From Amoebophrya sp. A120 (taxonomy: Eukaryota > Protista > Dinoflagellata), in NCBI GenBank assembly GCA_905178155.1, contig CAJINV010000013.1, positions 424,344-488,343 on the forward strand: a stretch of DNA of 64,000 bases, read 5' to 3'. Positions within the stretch are counted from its first letter, which is position 1, and the number at the start of each line of letters is the position of its first letter. The translations under genes were made by a program, and so were the position numbers. Shown here piece by piece: positions 1 through 10,000 of this stretch. The notes under the pieces were generated by a model. The model was given only the letters and a program-made list of their open reading frames with translations, was not told the DNA's origin and ran no database searches.

Positions 1-2
1 TT

Positions 3-3000
3 CTTCGGAAATTTATCGAAGAGTTCGGCTTCCCGAAGGCCCATCTGGAGCACTTTGAATGCGGCTCCAAGGATGCAGACTTCGCGAAGCGGCTTTTTCA
101 GAATGGTAAGAGGTGCCTCGACATTATCGAGCGCGAGGTGGATGCCGCTTCCGTCGACCAGTTGGCAGAGGGCTTCGATTCGGACTTGCACAACTTCAAG
201 AAGCGACTGCCGAAATTTGTGGACGTGAGCTGGTTTACGGGCCAGCACGCGAGTCCTCCACTGGTGTCGTCCGCGGTGGCGTCAGCGTTCTCTGGCGCCT
301 CGTCATCTGGTGCCTCGTCATCCAGCGTCTCGCCATCTGGTGCCTCGTCATCCAGTGGCTCGTCCTCTGGCGCTTCAGGATCGCCTTCGCTCAACTCTGG
401 CGCTGTTCCGAGGAAAGTTCCGCCACCGAAGCTGGAGTCGATTTTGCGCCGTCCCCAGAAGGACATGTCCAAGGCATGTGCGGAGTCCGCGCGCACGAAA
501 GTCTTAGCTGTCATGTGCTGCGGAGCAGGGAAAACATTGCTTTCTCTGTTCGAGATGTTGCAGCGCGGGCACGGCAAGCTGAACGTCGGGGTTTACCCGA
601 AACTGCTTTTGATCGTGCAGCTCATTACAGACTATGTTGTCTGCGCGTCGAATTTCGGCTCGGATTTCGAAGCGGCCGTGCGAGCAGCGAAAATTCTGGT
701 GGTGAGCTGCCAGGATACAGGCGACATCCTTAGCGCAATCGAAAACGATGAGGACTGCGCGAAGCATCGCGACACCATGGAAAAGCAGGCATTGAACGAG
801 GGCTTAATAACTGGAGCTGGAGAAGGCGACTGGAAGAGTCTGGTGCTGAGCTACATCAAAGTGGATGCGGCATCTACAGAGGAATTTGCAGGTGAATGCG
901 GAACGCGAATCGTCCTGACCACGTATTTCTCCTTCGGGAAGGTGCATGAGGTGGTCACGACCCTAGGTGTTGCAGTCGGGCGCCTCATTCTCGATGAAGC
1001 CCACTGGGTCTGCGGCAGCCGAGCACAGAAGCTCATCTTCAACGACATCCTCCAGTGCCTGTGCGATAGAATCATTTTCTTGACGGGCACTCCGGTGCAA
1101 CGAAACGGGATCAAAATGATAGAGGACTGCGGTTACATGCCGAAACCATACCTTTACAACAGCGCTATAGAGGACGGTATTTGCTGTCGGATCGAGCCTG
1201 TCGTCGCGCAGATGGAGAAGCCGCCAAGGTATCTGGCGAGCATTCGGCAGACTGCAGCCCAAAACGGATTGGACGAGGAGGCATGCGATATTCTGGACGG
1301 GATCATTCGCACTATTCTGAGAAAAGCGAACGTACGTACCGCATGGAATATTGTGCTGTATCACCAGTTCGGATCGACGAAGCGTCCCACGTTGACAAGT
1401 AAGTCCGTTGCAAATAGAGTAATCGTGGAGAAGCGTGGCACAAGTCCAGAAGCCCCGGTGAAGCGCGTTTCGCAGCAGTATTTCAGTGCTGCGCTTGAGC
1501 TCATCCAAACGAACGAATTTGGCAGCAACACCTTCAAATTCAAGGGAGAAGACGCACAATTGGCGTGTATCGCGCGGCGCCCGCCTTCGCTCCCAGATGA
1601 CGCTCCCGAGGACGATTGCTACTATCCGAAGCCCGAAGACGAGCAGAAGTACCGAAAGCGGTTCTGCGTCGCGCCAAGGCCAGGCCAAATTTCGCTGGTC
1701 ACAAACTGCAAGGTGTGGGAGGAAGGAACTGACGTACCATATGCAAATATGATGGTTCCAGTGACACCGAGCAGGAGTTTCAAAACGGAAACGCAGCGGC
1801 AGATGCGAGCCTGTCGGAGGCGGGACGACGACGATGGTCACCCAGCTGTCATTCTGTTTCTGGCTGAGCGCGGGTCACAGCTTCGCCCGCCAGACAATCA
1901 GGCTCAGAGTAACCTCTTCCGCTCCGACGACTTCCTCCAGAAAGCTCTTGGTCCGAGAAAAACGGCCCTGATAGCGGTTCTGTCGCTGTTATACCTCCAG
2001 AAGTTCTCCAGTAAGGACGAGGATCCAGATGTCGACACCGTGGCGGAACTCGCGGGTTGGACCGCGGCAGATGAGGATCCAGAATCCGAGGACGACGATG
2101 AGCAGCCCCCGGCGATGAGCAACACAAATCCAGAAGCTTTGGGAGCCACGCGTGACAAGTTGCAGTCCGTAGCGTAGTGCATGTTCTTAGCAAGTAGGGC
2201 AGTCGCATCACAAATCCATCTGCTCATCCTGTTCACAGCATCACAAATTCCAAAACACGATTGGAATTGGTAATGCCTGACGTGACATGGACATGCGCAT
2301 TCGCATTACAAATCTACCTGTCATCGCAAATCTGCAAGACAACTTTGGTGTGGGGACGTTTTTACACAGGATACACCTCAGTCGGAACATACTGTTGCTC
2401 ATTGCCGGTCTCCGGTTCCAACTGCCGCTATCCAGGAAAAAACACCCACCCACATCCAATTTGTCATGCAAAACATACATAACATTCTGTGTTTGTCATG
2501 CAAAAAATGGATGTGGATGGGTATTTTTCTGTGGATACCCGCCACCAATCGAGTAAAACTTCTTATCACTATCCAGTACGAACTTGTCCTGGCTCGGGTC
2601 CCAGTAGGTCAAGTCAATTATCGGACTCTGCTATCAAATGCAAAAGTGTCTGGGTCTGGAATGTTGCCGGGTTTGTCATGCATACTTTGCATGACCCAGG
2701 ATGTCTGTAATGCACGACCTAGCATCACAGATTTTTAGCAGGCTTCCCGATGCCTACTCCGCATGACAAACGCCCTCCCCGCGTAGCACAAACGGGGCTC
2801 CTCTTGCTGGTCATGCAATACAGATTTTTTTAGAGTCCAAAGTTAGCATCACAAGTTCCAACCATCCAGACCCAAACATTTTTGCATTTGATATCTGCCG
2901 CTCTATCGCCGGCGCCTGGAAGATGCGGATGCACTTCACCTGCCTCCTTTGAAAGCCAAAATCTTGCCCGATGTAGGCGTCTTTCGGGTAGCAGGGGCCG

Positions 3001-4810
3001 CAGCCGGACCGTATCCTGAGTAAAAACGTCCCCACCCCAGAGTTGTCATGCAAATCTGCATGCCAAAAAAGCCTCTCATGCGGAGCCCCATGAGAGCCAT
3101 TCTGTAGTCGTGTTTTGGCATTTGTGATGCTAGAATCAGCATTACGTGCTAGATCTGTGATGCTTCGAAACTAGCTCAACAGGACTACACTACAAGGACA
3201 AATTTGTCATGCGAAACAACCAAAGCTGGTTCTTTTGTCTAGCAGATTTCCCATCTTGACTCTGGTGTGGGGACATTTTTACGCAGGATAGACCGCCAGA
3301 AGGAGTTAGGGTACCGGACGAAACCGCCGTCGTCTCGCTCCGATGAGGATCCAGAATCCGAGGACGACGATGAGCAGCCCCCGGCGATGCTGAATGATGA
3401 AATGGAAGAGGAAATGTTGAACGACGAGCTGAATGACGAAAAGAAAGCGGACGACGGAAAGAAAGAGAAAATCAGGTCCATTACCGCACGTGGCGGGGGC
3501 GATATTTTCTACTCGATGTCGAACATGCCGCTTTTTCATCTCGCGCCGGGCGCAGGCAACGTTATCGACGTGGACATTCTGAATTTCGATGACATGGCCG
3601 CGAAGGCGCAGAGTAAGGAAAGTAATGACGAGTTGGTGAAGGCTTGGAAGGAGCGCATTCTCGACGACCCGCTCAGGTTGAAGCCCGTCCAGCTGCAAAA
3701 GGTCAGTAATTTTATCCGGGTAATCGTAAATCGTAATTTACGATTCACGATTTACGATTTACGATTTTGCAACGCGGGCTCAGGGGGGCATTTTCTTAAT
3801 TTGATCAAAGTCGATGCGGACACACATCACATGCAAAGCCGTGCCATTACCGAGAGTCACGAAAAACGTAATCGTAAAACGTAATAGTAAAACGTAATCG
3901 CAAAACGTAATCGTAAAACGTAATCGAAAAACGTAAACGTAAAACGTGATCGTAAAACGTGATCGCGAAACGTAAACGTAAAACGCAAGCGCAAAACGTA
4001 ATCGTAAAACGCGAACGTAATACGTAATTGCAAAACGTAATCGCAGCGCTATGCGCCGTACCTATCGTATCACTTGCAGTATTGGTTTTGACGTTTGTAA
4101 TAGAGTTTTGCTTTTACGATTTACAATTTATGTTTTTGCAAGCTGCGTTTGCAGTCCCGGATAAACATAAAATTACTGAACAGGTGTTGGATTTAGGCTG
4201 GGAGCTTCCAAAGTACGAAGCTGATTCGAGCCTGAAGCCCCAGCAACAGACGCGAGAACGAAGGCCTGCCTTGGTGATGGCGCAGCATCTGGTTGGGTGG
4301 TGTGAGCGTGAGAAGAAGTTGCCTGCGAAGAACAAGGAAGTGAGAATGGAGTTTCAACTTCAGAGGTGGTGGGAGAAGCTACGTTCTGCGCAACGCCAGG
4401 GTCGGATCGCTGCAAGTTTCAAATCTTCTCTCGCAGACCTGTGCCGCGGTGCAAATCTGCCTCCGGAGCTGAACTTGCTGTCTCTGCTCGAGGATACCAA
4501 GCCGGTGAAGCGGCCGTGGTTTCACGAGAGGTCTGGCCAGGAGTACTTTGATGCGGTAATGGCGAAGCTAAAGACGGATCCGAATGACAAGGAAAGCAAC
4601 AAGAAGGTCGAGGAGTTTTTGCGACGTTTCGAAGAAGACGAGCACAAGTTTCTCCCTGAGCAGCAAACGCAGTTGCAGCGTGAGAAGCAAGCACGGAGTG
4701 CTAGGGACCCTAAGGTTGACCCGCCAGCAAGAAAAAGGTGGAAAAAACACCCGGTTCATGGCAGGCACTCGCGAAAGACGAAGTACGCGACAGGGAAGAG
4801 GCCAGGTTAG
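3..4810 (+). CDS. Superfamily-2 DEAH helicase (ResIII/Helicase_C type) with C-terminal helicase-associated (HA)-like repeats; 5'-partial; interrupted by a 1.2-kb insertion (2118-3341) and an intron (3702-4183)
   Basis: Frame is open from base 3. Motifs: Walker A MCCGAGKT, Walker B LILDEAH, motif III LTGTP, motif V VWEEGTDVP, motif VI QRQMRACRR. Removing 2118-3341 plus one 48-bp repeat joins QPPAM|LNDEM in frame. The GT-AG intron joins QLQK|VLDLGWE. The C-terminal W-rich segment (WCEREKKLP...LQRWWEKLR) resembles HA repeats. This copy may be disrupted. Confidence 0.85.
292..372 (+). repeat. Degenerate 15-bp coding tandem repeat (SGASS)n
   Basis: tctggtgcctcgtca-like units encode SGASSSGASSSSVSPSGASSSSGSSSGAS. 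Confidence 0.8.
2070..2117 (+). repeat. 48-bp direct repeat, left copy flanking the insertion
   Basis: gatgaggatccagaatccgaggacgacgatgagcagcccccggcgatg is identical to 3342-3389. Confidence 0.95.
2125..2373. mobile_element. Truncated TATC...GATA introner/MITE (family A), left TIR missing
   Basis: Right end gtggggacgtttttacacaggata matches the TIR of 3012-3290 and 8464-8743. The interior is colinear with 8517-8743. Confidence 0.8.
2429..2537. mobile_element. 109-bp TIR introner/MITE
   Basis: tatccaggaaaaaacacccacccacatcca ... tggatgtggatgggtatttttctgtggata; flanks gccgc/cccgc. Confidence 0.85.
2632..2893. mobile_element. 262-bp TIR introner/MITE
   Basis: tatcaaatgcaaaagtgtctgggtctgga ... 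tccagacccaaacatttttgcatttgata; perfect 5-bp duplication tctgc. Confidence 0.9.
3012..3290. mobile_element. 279-bp TIR introner/MITE (family A)
   Basis: About 32-bp TIR tatcctgagtaaaaacgtccccaccccagagt; perfect 5-bp duplication gaccg; reverse-complement homolog of 8464-8743. Confidence 0.92.
3342..3389 (+). repeat. 48-bp direct repeat, right copy flanking the insertion
   Basis: Identical to 2070-2117. Confidence 0.95.
3703..4179. mobile_element. TIR element forming a GT-AG intron (3702-4183) with an internal minisatellite
   Basis: tcagtaattttatccggg ... cccggataaacataaaattactga; flanks aaagg/acagg; splicing restores the helicase frame. Confidence 0.8.
3862..4043. repeat. Degenerate (AAAACGTAATCGT)n tandem array
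   Basis: About 12-14 imperfect 7/13-bp units inside the 3703-4179 element. Confidence 0.9.
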
Positions 4811-5788
4811 GGCACCTCTTGGAGAAGCAGGATTTTTTCTGAGAAACACTCCAACCTGGCATTCTGTCCGAATCCTTGACGCATAGTAAGTCTTCAAGAT
4901 GTTTTCAGACAATTTGATATTACGAACAACTCGTGCGTGTGTATGCCGCCCCTGTCTCGTCCCTGCTGTCACACCGCAGGTTCCCTGTCCTACGAATGCG
5001 CGAATGCTACCTCGCGGTCAACCTGCTCAGCATGCCCAAGACTCTGACACCCTTGCCAGCAGCACACGCCCCTCCTCGTGTAACGGCCACCGGAAGATCG
5101 AAACCTACCAGCAAAGCAGATCACCCGCACAAGCCACGAATGCGGGAATGGGCTGCATCTTTCCCCTCGAGGCGGGGAGAGGTGCACCCACCAGGTACTC
5201 TGTTAAACGTTCCGACTACAAGGTGATGATGATGCAGATGATAATACTGGTGATAGTGTGCTCCTGCTTGCATGGAATTCGCTCGCGGCCCGTCCTGCCT
5301 CCGCCCACACACAACCCACAGGTATGTGGGCCCAGAGCTGTGGCGTCCCCTCCCGTAGCTGCCCGTGGAGGGTTTCCACATGCCCGCCGGCGACACTAAC
5401 AAGCGTGGATCGAGCGAGACCGGGGGGTTCTGGAGACAAGCCAACGATCGGGGAAGGAGAGGGATGAAGCTGAGCCAGCACTACTAGTCGGGGTTGAAGC
5501 TCTATAGAAGTCTGAAATTTTTATTTTTCTTTGACGACAACAGGGTAGTAGTAGAGAATCTTAACTTTAACGCGAGTTTCTTACTTTAGACTTTAACTTT
5601 TGAACAACAACTTTAACGGGAATCTTTCGCACAACGACGCTTTACGAGTCAGCACTTCAAGAACTTCACAGCAGCAACACTTTTAGTAGTTATTCGAAGC
5701 TTTAAGTAGACTTTGAGACCCTCCAGTTCCAAGCAAAAGGTTCAGAAAAACAACAAAAGCAAAGCGATCAAAGCATCGCAAAGTTCGT

Positions 5789-5863
5789 CGTACTTAAATA
5801 AATTGATCCTCCTTCTCTCAACAAGTCGAGTCTCTCTACGTACTTAAATAAATTGATCCTCCT
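5789..5863. repeat. 25-bp intergenic direct repeat, two copies with 50-bp period
   Basis: cgtacttaaataaattgatcctcct at 5789 and 5839. Confidence 0.85.
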
Positions 5864-7075
5864 CCTCAACCCTCGTATCTGGTCGAGTGTAGCCGCTCCA
5901 ATGTGAAATTACACTTGGATTCGAGCGATCGGACTTGCCAGGATTTCCTTTATACATTCTGAACATTCATGCAATAAATCAAAAACATTCAGCATATTTA
6001 GAACCGGCTTATCGAAATCAGATTCGCGGCCTTCCCTCGATAGCAGCAAACTGTGATGGGGACTATACTAAGACCAATCTGGACGAGCCTCTGATGGCGA
6101 TGTACTTGACTTTTCCAAATCAAAGTTCCCTACGATCCATTAATTTTTGTGTCCTGTATAGGAGGGCGGTATCCAAGACTATGTGATCGAATTTGGAAAA
6201 GAAAAGATCAAAAAAACGCAGATCAGAATTGTTTGGTATACAACATCACGATGTTGGATGTAGATCAACAAATCGCAAAGTCTCCTCCGGTCACGAAAGA
6301 AAATTCGGGCAGTTCTTGCTGCTAGCGCGGTACATTTTTATGCTAGAAAGAATTTTCTTTGAACGTTTTTGCTCATCTTTTTGTTGTGCTAAAACAACAG
6401 GTCGTGAACGTGCTGAATTCAGCTAAAAGGTGCTCGTGCTAGTATTTTTAAGTGAGCTCTCTACTTACCAGTGTGCTCTTGTTCAATATTGTAGATGATC
6501 TGCGATCTCTGTGCGAAGTGCGAGCGGGGACCGGTTCCGATGGGATCGGGATCAGCGTGATCCGAACACCGAGACAGCATGAGTTTCTTGCTTTTCTTTC
6601 TCATCTATCGCTACTTTTCAATAGAATACTTAGAGGCTCGAAGCATCCCCTTTTGTTAGAAATACTTGTTTCTTTTTTCACCACCTAGGGTAGATTCCAC
6701 TGTTTTGAAAATTTCGTTCATCTCTCCTTTTCTTCGGTAAAACATTGAGAATTGCTGAAAGTTGTGTACTATTTTTAGTAGTCCCTGCATAATTTTAAAG
6801 CCCGGCACCTTCGGTGAGTCACTGCATCATTTAGTCCCAACATCTTTCTAACACTTCTTTCATCGGATACGGTATCTTGAACGAAAAGCCCTTAGGTCTC
6901 TGCAATGAAGAAAGATATGAAATAAATTGAGTAATAGCTGTCAAAGAAATATACTCTGCTGAGACCCTACCGAGCAACAACCTATCCTCGTGGAAATATA
7001 AATTTGAGTTCCGCGCAATAAAATTGTTTCCCCAGCACGGGGGCTCCCCCCAATATTTAGCAAATAAAAAGTATC

Positions 7076-10000
7076 ATGGTTCCTGGAGGCGGTCGCTCCA
7101 GCCACAGCAACCTGGGCCGTTCTCGTGACCGCAGCCCGTATAGAGATAACAGAGCCCCCAGAACGTCGCTCAACGCTACCTCTTCCGTTGCACATGATGG
7201 TGGCTCTGTAACTGCTCGGGGAGCTGCCCTTGCTTCATCCAGTGCTATTGCCCCCGGGGTCGTCGGAGTGACCAGCACCATGCAGAAGCTACCCGCGAGC
7301 GTTCGGAAGTCGTCTACGCCGGCGGAGAAAATAACAAGCGAGGTAAATAAAGAAACTGGAGATGTAGTTGGAATGCCACTTGCTGGAACTACATGTGGCG
7401 GAAAGATAAACAGTGCCTCGCCCGCTGCTAGGCAAGACCACCAAGAAGACGCCAGCAGCAGACACAACGGTGTGGAGCATCAAGGTGATAGTGCTAATCA
7501 TGATCATCGTCCTTCCAACACGACACCATCTAGTTGTATCATTCCCGCCGCTGCTGCAAGTGCAACGTTGCTCCAGCACGAGAACCAAGGTAGCCTTCCT
7601 GAGATGAAAGTCGCACAACTCTCGACGACGTCTGGCGCTGCACCGAATGTCACTACGAGAACGTCTATCGCACCTGCAGAAAAAGAACAAGCGGAACACT
7701 ACACCGAGCGGCGAAGTAGCATCGAAAATCATGCTGCAGTGCCGAAGAATCCGCTGAAAAAGGTGACCCGGGAGGGGATTGCCAGCCGCAGTCCGATCAA
7801 GATTTTTGCCGCTGCTGCAGCGGCCGAGCGTGCAGCAGTTGGAACTACAACTACCGACAATATTTCATCGAATCACGAACAGGACACCACACAACACGAA
7901 AAGTCCGGGCGGCGTGTGTCCTCCACGAACATCATCAAGAAAGACCAGCAGCAGGCCATTTTGCTCCCGCACCAGGCGACGGACCATCACGCCAATAATC
8001 CTTTTCTCCAGTCCTCGGGGCCGGAGGAAAATAGCGTGGAGGCCGGTCTGGATCTTCCAGAAGGGGGCGACGTCAGGATGTCGGTGGTGGGAGGTGCGGG
8101 AGACGAGGAAGACGCGCAGCAGGAACTTGCGCCGGCAGGGGGTTCTACTCAGGAGGTTCTCGCGCCATCTTCGGTGGAAAACAGCAATGCTCAACATCCC
8201 GTGGTTGTGGAGCCAGAGGCAGGCACTAGTGTTATATCTTCGCAGCAGGCTCTACTTCCACTGCGAACCAGCGCGGGCACGGAGATGGAACTTCTCGTGC
8301 AGGAGGACCAAGGCGAAAGTCTTGCGGGGCAGCAGCGACGATCGACTGGTGCGGAGGGCCGTGGAACTACACAGAGAACCAGTGGTGGAAATGGTGGTCC
8401 TCCTGCTGCCGCGATGGACCACCAGCATCAAGGAGATCTTCCGCGCAAGGATTCAGGCGTGCTTATCCTGAGTAAAAACGTACCCACACCAGAGTCAGGA
8501 TGGGGAATCTGCTAGACAAATCAGCCAGCTTTGGTTGTTTGGCATGACAAGTTTGTCCGCGCAGTGTAGTGCTGTTTGAGCTAGTTTAGCAGCATTACAG
8601 ATCTAGTATCTCGTGCTGATTGGAGCATGACAAATTTCAAAACCGCATTAGAAAATGCTTCTCATGGGGCTCCGCATGAGAAACATTTTAAGCATGCAGA
8701 GTTGCATGACAACTATGGCGTGGGTACGTTTTTACTCAGAATAGTCCTGGAGATCACGCGTCCGCGCGATTTACCGGCGGACAAGCGGCGGCCGTATTCC
8801 TACGGCGCCCAGGCGGCCAAAACCTTCGTGGCCAAGTTTCGGGAGCGAAAGAAAAACAGCAATGGGGCAAATCCGACACCCAAGAGCCAGGCGAGCCAAG
8901 GCAGCGCGCGGAAAAGCGGGGGGGATCATCAGCTTCCAGTCGTGCCGTACCCGCCGACGCAGAGAACGTCCAACGGAGGAGACCGGGGGCAGCAGCACCT
9001 GACGACGCAGAGAACGTCCAACGGAGGAGACCGGGGGAGGCAGCGGCCGAGCGCTGCAGAGCTACTAAATGCGGACCAAAAAGAGGCAGTGCCCCGCAGC
9101 TCAAGCGAGATCGCTCGCCCGAATGACACGACCCTTCCGTCTGGTAATAGCGGTCTGCATCCGAAGCCCGCGGCGGGAAGGAGAGCCGGGGGGAGACGGT
9201 CGCGCAGTCGAGGTACTTGATTGATATGGTTGCAACAGTCTCGCTTGTTCCGTCATTGTCTTGAGGTTACTGCACAGAACAACTAGTTCATTTGGCACCT
9301 ACGTGCTGGATTTCTACTTACTGCCCTTGTGTTGAGTCAGGCCAAAACAATGAAGCACTGTATAGCCCCCATGCCACGGCAAGTGCTAAATGATGATGCA
9401 AATTTGATACCACAAGAAATAGATTTAGAACCAACTCCGCAGGGACGAAAGGAGCAAGAAGAGAGACCGAGGTGTTTTTCCACCCAACCCCATTTTTTAT
9501 ATTCTTTACATCCGCCATCAAAATATTAAACACAGGCACTAGCGGCGCGAAGACGGGTACGAACAGCACGCGCAACAACCACCGGCGTGACAACAACGGG
9601 AAGCACCAATCATCTCGACACAACGACGACGACAAGGAGTTAGAGATTCTCCGACCGAAGGACCACAACAGGCATCCTCGCGACCAAAACGCCGTGCAGC
9701 TCCGTAGCAGACATGCGATCGACCAGCAAAACACACGAGGAAGCGGTAGCGGAAAAATGATCAACGGAGGTGGGAGCACGAACAATGCGAGGAACAGCAC
9801 TATCGGACAAGGTACTTCCAATGGGGGTGTAGTTGCTAACCCCCGATCCTCCACGACAGGAGCTCAAGCTCATACGAACAAGCGGACCCGGGAAGGAGCC
9901 GAATCGGGCGCGGTTTCATCACGGATGAACCGATCCAAGGAGCGGCGAAGGAGCAACAGCGCCAAACGCCGACGCGACGGCGAGGCAGATCGGCGGGACC

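Larger units (their letters stand above)
2374..3341 (-). pseudogene. Captured fragment of a multi-exon gene (about 100 aa, possibly a discoidin/galactose-binding-like dinoflagellate module)
   Basis: Removing three TIR elements plus one repeat copy each gives a stop-free peptide: ERDDGGFVRYPNSFWRSGCGPCYPKDAYIGQDFGFQRRQVKCIRIFQAPAIERQSPIIDLTYWDPSQDKFVLDSDKKFYSIGGGSWNRRPAMSNSMFRLR. No start or stop codon. The domain guess is inference. Confidence 0.85.

Noticed and set aside
3862-4043. Regular short repeats resembling a CRISPR array or telomere
   Set aside because: There are no unique spacers and no cas genes, and it is not a TTTAGGG-type unit. It is a minisatellite inside a TIR element.
1-4810. 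Helicase as the enzyme mobilising the introners, or as a type III restriction subunit
   Set aside because: No DDE, tyrosine-recombinase or methyltransferase motifs are visible in the window, and proximity alone is not evidence.
5469-5489. Helitron-like 3' end (gctgagccagc ... CTAGT) downstream of the helicase
   Set aside because: The stem is only 4 bp, and the helicase is SF2, not the Pif1/HUH RepHel of Helitrons.
8627-8743. ORF starts inside TIR elements (8627+, 3267+, 49658+, 23439+)
   Set aside because: The N-terminal parts are translated element sequence; only the portions beyond the elements are exonic.
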